NCBI GenBank assembly: GCA_031291955.1
Contig: JARLIA010000005.1
Coordinates: 9,214-73,213 of the forward strand
From: Minisyncoccota bacterium
GTDB taxonomy: Bacteria > Patescibacteriota > Minisyncoccia > Moranbacterales > UBA2206
Direction of reading: 5' to 3'
Length of the DNA stretch: 64,000 nucleotides
In this document: positions 39,275 through 48,288 of the stretch, one piece after another
How positions within the stretch are numbered: the stretch's first letter is position 1
Layout: every line of letters starts with the position of its first letter
The notes under the pieces: model-generated
The model's database searches: none
Seen by the model: only the letters and a program-made list of their open reading frames with translations
Told to the model about the DNA's origin: nothing
Made by a program: the position numbers and the translations under genes

Positions 39275-40978
39275 ATGAAAATCAATAAAGCAAAAAATCA
39301 ATTAATCACCCTCGCTATTATTTTTTTCGGGCTTTTTGGTCTGGCGAGAACGTCCCATGCCGCCGATTTCTACATCGCCCAGACAGCGGCCGGATCGGGA
39401 AATGGAACGTCGTGCGCCAACGCAAAAGCCTATACGTGGAATTGGTCAGGTGTTCAGCCGGGAGATACCATTTGGATTTGTGGTACGATCAATCTCGTTT
39501 GGGGGGAAAATGTGCTTGTCGGAGCGTCCGGTAGTGCAACCACGCATACTCCTGTGGTGCTTGCCTTTTGTGACGCTGGAGACTGCGGGGGAACATATTC
39601 TCCAGGCGTTGTCCAGTCCGTTGGTCAAGCCGATGACATAATGATCGGTTCGGGGATGCACGACATAGTGATCGACGGCAAAAATGTTGGAGTGGTCCAA
39701 GCGACTAACAACGGAAGCGCGATAGATGGATATGCAAATCAGGGTAGTCCCGTCGGGGTTTATGTCTACGGTAGTACCGATCATATCACGGTTCAAAATC
39801 TTACCATCCAAAAAATCTATGTTCATCAGTATCAGACCACTACTAATGATACTGCGCAGAATGGGATGGGGTTAGGAATATGGTTTCAAGGCACGACAAA
39901 TGCTAATGTCAACAATTGCACTATATCTGACGCAGCTACTGGCATTGTGCTAGGAAGTGGTACAAGCCTGGTTAATGTATATGATAATACTATAAAACAT
40001 TGCTGCATGGGTATATCTGGAGGTTCTGGCGCAGACGATCAGACCATGGACGCTATCGACGTATATGACAACGACATAGAAATGGGCGCGAATTGGATGA
40101 GTCTCGATGGCAATGATTGCCATGCGAACGGAATATATCTTTATAGCGATGGACACCCCAATCTGACATCATCTACTTTGACCAACGCGCAATTTTATAA
40201 TAACTATATCCATGGGCCGTTTGCATATTGGACAAACTTTCCATCGGGAAGCGTCTATGGATGCACAGGGTTTTTCCACTATGATTATGGAGCTGGTTCC
40301 GGAAATATTTTTTTTAATAATCTAGTGGTGGCTGGTCCTTATATTAATACTTCAGCCTCGCCAAATCCATCTAATGGAGCGGTGTCTTGGGCAGACCTTG
40401 AGACGTTGCCAAAGATGTGGAACAACACAGTAATTGGACCTTGGCCGGGAAGTTGGTGTTTTGCGGGTGGAACAGAGGCAGGAGGAGTCAGTCAATCGAG
40501 TGATCCGGATATTAGAAACAATGTGTGTGTTAATGTTGCTGACGGTACCTATGACGGCTTTTACAAATCGCAGGCTGATTACAATGACGAGAACTCGTTT
40601 TACGCTGCTGACATACAGGGAACCGGGTATTCCTTGGCAAACTGGAAGACTGCGTTGGGTGATTCCTGCACCGGCACACCACCGAATGCAACTCCCGCAA
40701 ACAGAGAATGCAACAGCATTGCAACTGCCCCGGCACTCTCTTTGAGTTATGTTCCAACGGGAGCGCCACTTGTTCAGGCGGGAGGAAATCTGTCGTCGTA
40801 TTGTGCCACTTACCCGGCTCTTTGTTATGACAAGCCACTAACAGTTGGCGCGGGCTCGGGCGCTACAGCCGGTGCCGCCCGGCCTAGCTCCGGCGCCTGG
40901 GACATTGGCGCCTACCAATACCAATCCGGATCCGGCACCACTGTTCCCAACGGACCGACGGGACTGACAGTAATGTGA
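39275..40978 (+). CDS. Secreted beta-helix (pectin-lyase-like) protein ending in a PNGPTGLTVM tail
   Basis: Signal FFGLFGLARTSHA; NN-I repeats; WDIGAYQY motif. Confidence 0.85.
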   Translation: MKINKAKNQLITLAIIFFGLFGLARTSHAADFYIAQTAAGSGNGTSCANAKAYTWNWSGVQPGDTIWICGTINLVWGENVLVGASGSATTHTPVVLAFCDAGDCGGTYSPGVVQSVGQADDIMIGSGMHDIVIDGKNVGVVQATNNGSAIDGYANQGSPVGVYVYGSTDHITVQNLTIQKIYVHQYQTTTNDTAQNGMGLGIWFQGTTNANVNNCTISDAATGIVLGSGTSLVNVYDNTIKHCCMGISGGSGADDQTMDAIDVYDNDIEMGANWMSLDGNDCHANGIYLYSDGHPNLTSSTLTNAQFYNNYIHGPFAYWTNFPSGSVYGCTGFFHYDYGAGSGNIFFNNLVVAGPYINTSASPNPSNGAVSWADLETLPKMWNNTVIGPWPGSWCFAGGTEAGGVSQSSDPDIRNNVCVNVADGTYDGFYKSQADYNDENSFYAADIQGTGYSLANWKTALGDSCTGTPPNATPANRECNSIATAPALSLSYVPTGAPLVQAGGNLSSYCATYPALCYDKPLTVGAGSGATAGAARPSSGAWDIGAYQYQSGSGTTVPNGPTGLTVM

Positions 40979-41013
40979 TATAATAAAGAGGACAGAGAAT
41001 CAAACCTAAAAAC

Positions 41014-41400
41014 ATGAAACAGTTCGCTAAAATCTTTCTTCTTATTCTGCTAATTACCATAGTCTCTGTCTGGCTGGGAGGTGTCCCGACTTATGTTCAA
41101 GGAACAGCGATGCTGAGTTGGAACGGAGTTTCTGATTCAAATATCAGCGGCTATAAAATTTATTACGGCACTGAACCCAGAAATGGAAATTGCCCGCCGG
41201 GCGGGTACGCCCAAAATATCAATGTTGGTAAAAATACCCGCTATACTCTCAAAAATTTGGCGCTGGGGAAAACATATTATTTTTCGGTAACTTCCTACGA
41301 TTCTTCTGGAAAAGAAAGTTGTTTTTCCAAGGAGATGAAAAAAGCCATCGCCCCTTCTTTTTTTGATCGGTTCAGAAATCTCTTTCTGAAAAAGAAATGA
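41014..41400 (+). CDS. Single FN3-domain secreted/membrane protein
   Basis: AMLSWN..ISGYKIYYG..LKNLALGKTYYFSVTSYDSSGKES. Confidence 0.85.
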   Translation: MKQFAKIFLLILLITIVSVWLGGVPTYVQGTAMLSWNGVSDSNISGYKIYYGTEPRNGNCPPGGYAQNINVGKNTRYTLKNLALGKTYYFSVTSYDSSGKESCFSKEMKKAIAPSFFDRFRNLFLKKK

Positions 41401-41504
41401 GGATAAATCATGATCGTGGATAACTTGGCGGTGCGGAGCTGTTGCTGAATATATTTTTATGTTAAAATACGAGTGTTGGAAAAATACAATGAAAATAAAA
41501 ATCT

Positions 41505-42101
41505 GTGGATGACCAGAAACAAAAAAAGAAACTTTTTCTCACAAGCGTTTTTGTGTTTGGCTTGCTTTTATTTTTTTCTTCCGCTCATGGCGTTTTGGCT
41601 GCCAATAGCGGACGTCTGATAGTCAACTGGACGCCGCCAACTAAAAACGCTGACGGTTCTGATCTTACCGATCTCGCCGGTTATATTGTTTATTACGGTA
41701 CCACTTCTCATTCAGGCACTTGCCCGGCGGTTTTTGGCAGTGCGGGTCCTTATGATTCTTCCGTCACTGTCGCTAATCCGGCGGCCACCAGCCAGGAGAT
41801 TACCGGGCTGACCGAAAATCAAACCTACTATTTTGCCGTAATCGCCTATAATGCCAGTGACAATATGAGCGGTTGCGCCACGACCAGCGGCAGTTCAACA
41901 GAAGTGAGCAAAAAAGCCAGATATCAGGCAGATTTTGATGAAAATGGAAGTGTGGGCTTGGGCGACTGGAGCGCGTTCCATGTCAACTATGGCATGTCAA
42001 GCGGTGCTACATTCGCCGATGGAGACGCCGATGGAGACGGGAAAGTCGGTCTGTCTGATTGGAGTATTTTTCATGGAGAATATGGCGATTCCATTAACTA
42101 A
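41505..42101 (+). CDS. FN3 plus dockerin-like protein
   Basis: VNWTPP..DLAGYIVYYG..GLTENQTYYFAV; duplicated Ca-loop ADFDENGSVGLGDW / GDADGDGKVGLSDW. Confidence 0.8.
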   Translation: MDDQKQKKKLFLTSVFVFGLLLFFSSAHGVLAANSGRLIVNWTPPTKNADGSDLTDLAGYIVYYGTTSHSGTCPAVFGSAGPYDSSVTVANPAATSQEITGLTENQTYYFAVIAYNASDNMSGCATTSGSSTEVSKKARYQADFDENGSVGLGDWSAFHVNYGMSSGATFADGDADGDGKVGLSDWSIFHGEYGDSIN

Positions 42102-42127
42102 ATCATAAAGAAAGTAGAAAAATAAAA

Positions 42128-45121
42128 ATGAAAAATCGACGCTTTATTAAAATATTTCTTCTCAGGTCAAGTATTTTTGCGCTGACGTTGGTAGTGGCAG
42201 GTTTTTTCAGTGTTCGTAATTTTTCCACTGTCTTGAGCGCCACGGATAGCACCTTGTCTTTCAATCCGGCTACGACTACTCAAGCGATTGGTTCCGATTT
42301 CACAATGGACGCGGTGGTAAATCCGGGTTCGACCAACGAAGTTAATGGAGTGGAGTTGCATGTCACTTATGATCAGGCAAAATTAAGGCTGGACAGTATC
42401 ACCAAAGGGACCGCTTTCGTTATAACTTTGGCCGGCGCCAGCATTCCTGGCGATGGTACCGCCTCTATCGCCGTGGGAACCGATTATGGCAGCAATGTGA
42501 CAACTTCGCAAACCGTGGCTACTTTTCATTTTCATGCTCTGGCAACGGTAACCAGTTCGCCGGTGGCGTTTGCCTCTACTTGCGACATAACGGCGGACAA
42601 CACTGGCGGAACCAATGATTTTGACGCCGCCGGATCAAGCAATGGAGCGGTAACTTTGACTTCAACCGATACAACAGCTCCCACCGGCGGTTCTATTAGT
42701 TATACCAATGGAAATTACACTGCCGCAACGGTCGCGCTGACGGTTGATGATGGCACGGACGAAACCGGCGGTTCCGGCATTAATCCTGACTCGCGCATCA
42801 TTCAGCGCCAAGAGGCTACGTTGTCCGCCGGCTCTTGCGGCACTTACGGATTATGGGGCAATATTGCGACCTATTCCACTATTAATGGCACTTATCCCAA
42901 TTTTACCGATGCCACTGTCTCTTCCGGAAAATGTTACAAATATCAATATCTCGTTTCCGATAACGCCGGAAATCCAGCGACGTACACTTCCGCTAATGTG
43001 GCCAAAGTGGACACCGCCGCGCCTTCCGGAGGATCAATCACTTATACCAATGGCTATTTCACTTCGGCCAGTGTTTCGTTGACTGCGGCTGATGGCACCG
43101 ACGCGGCTTCCGGTCTCAATACTTCCAGCCGGATCGTCAAACGCCAGTCAGCCACTCTGGCCAATGGCACTTGCGGTACTTATAGTCCCTCCTGGAGCGA
43201 TGTTACTTCCAGTCTTACCGGCAGTTACCCGAATTTTACCGACGGGACGGTTGTATCGGGAAATTGCTATCAATATGAATATTTAATCTCCGATAATTTC
43301 GGCAATCAGGCGACCTATACTTCCACCAATGTAGCCAAGGTGGACACAGTCGCGCCTTCCGGCGGTTCAATGACTTATACCGATGGAAATTATACCACCG
43401 CTTCGGTGGCTCTGACTGTGGGTGATGGTACTGATTCTGTTTCTGGTATCAGTGCGGCTTCGCGGATCATTCAGCGGCAGGAAGCCACACTGTCTGCTGG
43501 ATCCTGTGGTTCTTACGGCTCATGGGGAAGTATTACTTCTGATGTAACTGGCACTTATCCTAATTTTACCGATGGAACTGTCGTGTCCGGAAAATGCTAC
43601 CAATATAAATATCTGGTTTCCGATAATGCCAGCAACCAAGCGACTTACACTTCCGCTAATGTGGCCAAAGTGGACACCGCCGCGCCTTCCGGCGGATCAA
43701 TCACTTATACTGATGGATTTCACACTTCCGCGTCGGTCGGGCTCACGGCAAATGACGGTACAGATAGTGTTTCCGGCATTAATACTTCCAGTCGAATCGT
43801 CAAGCGCCGGTCATCTACTTTAACTGGGACGACCTGCGGCAGTTACGGTTCCTGGAGCGACATTACTTCCAGCCTCACTGGCAGCTATCCTGACTTCACC
43901 GACACAACAGTAATAACGGATCATTGTTACCAATACGAATATCTGGTTTCTAACAATGTCGGCAACCAGGCGACGTACGCTTCAAACAATGCGGCCAAGG
44001 TGGATACATCCGCTCCAGTGATTTCTGGCGAAACTGCCGCCAGTATCGCCGATGTGTCCACTGTTATTACCTGGACAACCAATGAAGCAGCTACTTCGCA
44101 GGTGGAATATGGGACGGACACTTCCTATGGTTCGACCACTACGCTTGATTCTAGCTACGTCACCTCCCACTCCCAAAATCTTTCCGGGCTCACTCCTAAT
44201 ACCCCATATCATTATCGGGTAATATCCTCTGACGGCGTGCCGAACCAATCTACTGGAAATGATCATACTTTTACCACTTCGATTACCATGGTTGCGACGC
44301 CCGTGGCCGATCCGGCCGGGGACACCTATTCTTCAACTCAGTCAGTGAATCTTTCCAGTGCTACCAATGGAGCCACCATCCATTACACCGTCGATGGGAC
44401 AGATCCCAGTGCTTCTTCGCCCGTCTATTCTTCTGCTATTGGTGTTTCTTATAGCCTAACCATTAAGGCCATTGCTATGAAGTCAGGTATGGCGGATAGT
44501 GCTGTGATGTCGGAAGATTATATTATCGGTTCAAGCGGAAACTCATCAAGCTCCTCAAGTTCAAAATCAACCGATATTTCCAAACCTAAATTGAGAATTG
44601 GTTCGACCAAGGAATCTATTAAAAATAAAACTATTTATGCTGGTGCGCACACTTTCAGTTTTGAAGGACAAAGTGACGCTTTGGTCAGGGGTGAGGTGAA
44701 AGTTTATAAAAACGGCCGTCATTATAAAACGGTTTCGGCCGATTCGCACGGTTCTTGGGGAGCGAAAATAAATATTTCCAATGATGGAAATTATGATTTC
44801 AAGCTTTACTATTACGACGCTGATTCCAATGATCTTGGCCATAGCGATAAATTTACTGTTAAGGTGGACACTTCCGCGCCGGAAATTACAGATCTGCCTC
44901 TCGTTTTCCACAAGCGGGTAGGACAGCTGGTTTGGTGGACAGCTCAAGATGACCAGGGGGTTGACCATTACAAATACGAACTGGATGGGAAAATAAACAA
45001 TATCAAGAAAGCTTCTTTCATCATGCCGCAAGTCGGTTGGGGCGTGCATATTCTTACTGTCACTGTCTATGACAAGGCCGGCAACGAAACGACCAAAAAA
45101 GTGGCGATTACGGTATGGTAG
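42128..45121 (+). CDS. Cohesin-domain scaffold-like surface protein with four ~110-aa repeats, FN3 and Ig-like modules
   Basis: LSFNPATTTQAIGSDFTMDAVVNP..VNGVELHVTYDQAKL (cohesin-like); 4x DT.AP.GGS..YT.G repeats at ~42668-44010; GATIHYTVDGTDP module. Confidence 0.8.
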   Translation: MKNRRFIKIFLLRSSIFALTLVVAGFFSVRNFSTVLSATDSTLSFNPATTTQAIGSDFTMDAVVNPGSTNEVNGVELHVTYDQAKLRLDSITKGTAFVITLAGASIPGDGTASIAVGTDYGSNVTTSQTVATFHFHALATVTSSPVAFASTCDITADNTGGTNDFDAAGSSNGAVTLTSTDTTAPTGGSISYTNGNYTAATVALTVDDGTDETGGSGINPDSRIIQRQEATLSAGSCGTYGLWGNIATYSTINGTYPNFTDATVSSGKCYKYQYLVSDNAGNPATYTSANVAKVDTAAPSGGSITYTNGYFTSASVSLTAADGTDAASGLNTSSRIVKRQSATLANGTCGTYSPSWSDVTSSLTGSYPNFTDGTVVSGNCYQYEYLISDNFGNQATYTSTNVAKVDTVAPSGGSMTYTDGNYTTASVALTVGDGTDSVSGISAASRIIQRQEATLSAGSCGSYGSWGSITSDVTGTYPNFTDGTVVSGKCYQYKYLVSDNASNQATYTSANVAKVDTAAPSGGSITYTDGFHTSASVGLTANDGTDSVSGINTSSRIVKRRSSTLTGTTCGSYGSWSDITSSLTGSYPDFTDTTVITDHCYQYEYLVSNNVGNQATYASNNAAKVDTSAPVISGETAASIADVSTVITWTTNEAATSQVEYGTDTSYGSTTTLDSSYVTSHSQNLSGLTPNTPYHYRVISSDGVPNQSTGNDHTFTTSITMVATPVADPAGDTYSSTQSVNLSSATNGATIHYTVDGTDPSASSPVYSSAIGVSYSLTIKAIAMKSGMADSAVMSEDYIIGSSGNSSSSSSSKSTDISKPKLRIGSTKESIKNKTIYAGAHTFSFEGQSDALVRGEVKVYKNGRHYKTVSADSHGSWGAKINISNDGNYDFKLYYYDADSNDLGHSDKFTVKVDTSAPEITDLPLVFHKRVGQLVWWTAQDDQGVDHYKYELDGKINNIKKASFIMPQVGWGVHILTVTVYDKAGNETTKKVAITVW

Positions 45122-45225
45122 TTGTTCTGTTATTGAGATTGCCGGAGATGGTTTGTCCATCTCCGGCTTTTTTAATTCTTGCTTTTGAGTTAAAATAGAA
45201 GCAGAAAAACAAAAAACCAAAAATT

Positions 45226-46143
45226 ATGTTCTGGCTTTTTATTGCCACCTTTGCTTACCTTCTCATCGCTCTTCAATCGACGCTCGATAAGTTCCTTTTA
45301 AGCTCGCGTCGTGTGGGTCATCCAGCCACCTACACTTTTTATTCCGGCCTTTTAAGTCTTACGGCTATTCTCCTTCTTCCTTTCGGTTTCCATCTCATTG
45401 CCCCGGCAGTGGCCGCCTGGGAAATTTTGGCTGGAGCGGTTTTTTCCTATGGCGTATTTTTTCTTTTTTGGGCCATCCGCGACCACGAAGCAACGCAAGT
45501 CGTGCCAGTGGTTGGCGCGGTAACGGCCGTGGCCACTTACGTTTTTTCTTTTTTACTTTTGGGCGAGCGCCTGGATCGGCCGGAGCTTTGGGGAATTACT
45601 CTTCTTGTTCTGGGTGGTCTTTTTATTTCACTGGATTTCTCGCCTCAACGTCTCCGGCGGATTTTTTTGGGCTTTGAATCTTCTCTTTTTTCTGGTTTGC
45701 TTTTGGCTCTGGCCTATACTTGGTTTAAAAAATTTTTTGAGAGCGACAATTTTGTGAACGTCTATATTTGGACGCGCCTGGGGCTGATGCTGGGAGCGGC
45801 CAGCCTTTTGCTCTATCCGGCTTGGCGAAAAATTATTTGGTCCTCGCTTTTGAAATTTAAAAAACCGGCCGGCCAGGACGCCCACACCGGATCGATTTTC
45901 GTCCTCAATAAAACAGTAGGCGGGGTCGGGTCGTTTCTGCTCAATTATGCCATCAGCCTTGGCAGTGTCACAATTGTCAATGCCTTGATCTCTCTGGAGT
46001 ACGTATTTATATTTTTTCTCGTCTGGGGATTTTCTTTCTGGGTTGCCAAAATTTTTGACGAGCGGCGCGACTGGGTGACGATGGCTCAAAAACTTACAGC
46101 TGTGGTTATTATTACGGTCGGGATGTTTTTGGTCGCGAGGTAG
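45226..46143 (+). CDS. DMT/EamA family transporter
   Basis: About 10 TM segments; LLGERL motif. Confidence 0.8.
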   Translation: MFWLFIATFAYLLIALQSTLDKFLLSSRRVGHPATYTFYSGLLSLTAILLLPFGFHLIAPAVAAWEILAGAVFSYGVFFLFWAIRDHEATQVVPVVGAVTAVATYVFSFLLLGERLDRPELWGITLLVLGGLFISLDFSPQRLRRIFLGFESSLFSGLLLALAYTWFKKFFESDNFVNVYIWTRLGLMLGAASLLLYPAWRKIIWSSLLKFKKPAGQDAHTGSIFVLNKTVGGVGSFLLNYAISLGSVTIVNALISLEYVFIFFLVWGFSFWVAKIFDERRDWVTMAQKLTAVVIITVGMFLVAR

Positions 46144-46188
46144 TCTCTGCGAATTACGAATAAAAAATATTAACATAATAATACAAAT

Positions 46189-47226
46189 ATGCGATACGTA
46201 AAAAAAATATTGAAATATCTTGGCTGGGTATTGCTGATGGTGATAATTTTAATCAGCTTGCTTTTTGTCTGGGTCAACTGGCCGGTGCGAAGCGAGGATA
46301 TGAACGCCAAGCTGGGCGTGACTTTTTCTTCGCGCTATGCTTCCGACATCGGGCTGGATTGGAAAAAAAGTTATCTCGCGATGCTCGACGATCTGCACGT
46401 TAAGAAAATCCGTATCCCGGTCTATTGGGACATCACCGAGCCGTCGCCCGGCCAGTATGACTTTTCGGCCATCGACTGGCAATTGGACGAGGCGAAAAAA
46501 CATAACGCCGAAGTGATTTTGGTGGTGGGACAAAAGGTTCCGCGTTGGCCGGAGTGCGCTATTCCGGCTTGGGCCAAGACGAGCGATCAGATGCGGAAAA
46601 CCTCTCTTCTGGATTTTGAAAACGTGGTTATCAACCGCTATAAAAATAATCAGCCGGAAATAAAATATTGGCAGGTGGAAAATGAACCGTTTTTGCTTTT
46701 TGGTTTGTGTCCTGCGCCAAGCGCAACTCTTTTGGATAGCGAAATTTCCGAAGTGCGCCGCGACGACCCGACGCGACAAATCATTGTGACCGATAGCGGG
46801 GAGCTTGGCCACTGGATTCCGGCCGCTTCACGGGCGGATGTTTTCGGGACGACCATGTATCGGACAATCTATAAAGAAGGCTGGGGCTATTATTCTTATC
46901 CGATTGGACCGATGTTCTTTCGGCTGAAATACGCTCTCATCAATCTTTTCGCCCATCAGAATAAAGCCATGGTCATTGAACTCCAGGCCGAGCCGTGGGT
47001 TTCCGGCTACACCACCCAGATGCCGCTCTCCGAGCAGTTTAAATCCATGAATGTCGACAAGCTGAAATCCAACGTGGAATATGCCCGGAAAGTCGGTTTT
47101 CCGGAAATATACTTATGGGGCGTGGAGTGGTGGTATTGGCTGAAAGTCAAAGAAGGCCACCCGGAACTTTGGAATGAAGCTAAAATATTATTCTCTCAGA
47201 ACGGACAGGGTGTTGGTCAGAATTAA
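46189..47226 (+). CDS. Membrane-anchored clan GH-A glycoside hydrolase
   Basis: RIPVYW..EPSPGQYDF, WQVENEP (acid/base), ELQAEPW (nucleophile). Confidence 0.85.
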   Translation: MRYVKKILKYLGWVLLMVIILISLLFVWVNWPVRSEDMNAKLGVTFSSRYASDIGLDWKKSYLAMLDDLHVKKIRIPVYWDITEPSPGQYDFSAIDWQLDEAKKHNAEVILVVGQKVPRWPECAIPAWAKTSDQMRKTSLLDFENVVINRYKNNQPEIKYWQVENEPFLLFGLCPAPSATLLDSEISEVRRDDPTRQIIVTDSGELGHWIPAASRADVFGTTMYRTIYKEGWGYYSYPIGPMFFRLKYALINLFAHQNKAMVIELQAEPWVSGYTTQMPLSEQFKSMNVDKLKSNVEYARKVGFPEIYLWGVEWWYWLKVKEGHPELWNEAKILFSQNGQGVGQN

Positions 47227-47308
47227 AATCCATTAACTTCGACATTGCTTGAATTGTGGAAAAAGTGTATCGTAGAATATGCTTCCTTCGAGATGGGACT
47301 ATTCTTTT

Positions 47309-48211
47309 ATGAGTAAAAGTAAGCTTTTTATTGTATGTTCTGTTTTGCTTGTCATTTTAGTCGGGGTTGTTTTCTGTTTTTCCAATTCTTACTCCAAGGT
47401 GATTTTTCCGGCCACGAAAAATATTTCTCAAAATGTCGAACAGCCGGCAGTGTCGAAAGCGGTCGAAAATATTACTAAGCGGGCTGATTTGAAAAATAAT
47501 AATCAAGGTAATGAAAATAACAGTCCAGTCGGGAAAGCTGATGTCGCCGTCAACAATTTTCCGGCGGAGATAAAAATCAACGTGCCCTTCACTTCTCAAG
47601 CGCCACTCGGTGTTTGGGATCAATATCACGAAGAGGCTTGCGAAGAGACAACCCTAGTCATGCTGGAATATTATTTGAAGCATAAACCGCTCACACCCAA
47701 AATTGCCGAGGATCAGATCCAAAAGATGATTGCGTTTGAAATAAAAAATTACGGCGATTACAAAGACACGAATGCCGAACAAACGGTTAATTTATTCAAC
47801 GCTTTTTATGGTCCGTTGCCAGCCCGCAACGCTTCGCCAGCCCGCGTGACTCGCGTCGGCGTGTCTGGCGGGCGTAGCGATGCGGGCGGGCCGAGTGGAA
47901 AAAAGTTGGCGGTGATTTATAATTTTTCCAAACAAGAGATCAAGAACTGGCTGGCCAAGGGCAATCCAGTCATCGTGCCGGCGGCCGGCCGGGAACTTGC
48001 CAATCCATATTTCACGCCGCCCGGCCCGCTTTATCATAACTTGGTTCTTATCGGTTATGACGGCGATAAAATCATTACCAATGATCCAGGCACCAAGCAC
48101 GGTGCCGGATATACATACGACATCGGAGCTTTATATAATGCTATTCATGATTTTCCCGGAAAACCGGAAGATATCGACCAGGGGAGAAAAGCCATGATTG
48201 TGGTGGAATAA
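47309..48211 (+). CDS. Peptidase C39-like protein with palindromic insertion
   Basis: VPFTSQAP..EACEE, YHNLVLIGYD..ITNDPGT. Confidence 0.85.
   Translation: MSKSKLFIVCSVLLVILVGVVFCFSNSYSKVIFPATKNISQNVEQPAVSKAVENITKRADLKNNNQGNENNSPVGKADVAVNNFPAEIKINVPFTSQAPLGVWDQYHEEACEETTLVMLEYYLKHKPLTPKIAEDQIQKMIAFEIKNYGDYKDTNAEQTVNLFNAFYGPLPARNASPARVTRVGVSGGRSDAGGPSGKKLAVIYNFSKQEIKNWLAKGNPVIVPAAGRELANPYFTPPGPLYHNLVLIGYDGDKIITNDPGTKHGAGYTYDIGALYNAIHDFPGKPEDIDQGRKAMIVVE
47818..47891. repeat. Coding palindromic element (PARNAS..RSDAGG family)
   Basis: GCCCGCAACGCTTCGC...GCGTAGCGATGCGGGC with a different, longer internal segment. Confidence 0.85.
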
Positions 48212-48288
48212 TTATTTGGTGAAAAAAATAGGCTGATTGTTATTTTTGATATATAATCTAGAAGGAAATAAAAAAGGTCGGCTTCATT

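Noticed and set aside
42668-44010. Mobile-element or DGR repeats
   Set aside because: Four ~330-bp coding domain repeats with ordinary, not adenine-specific, divergence
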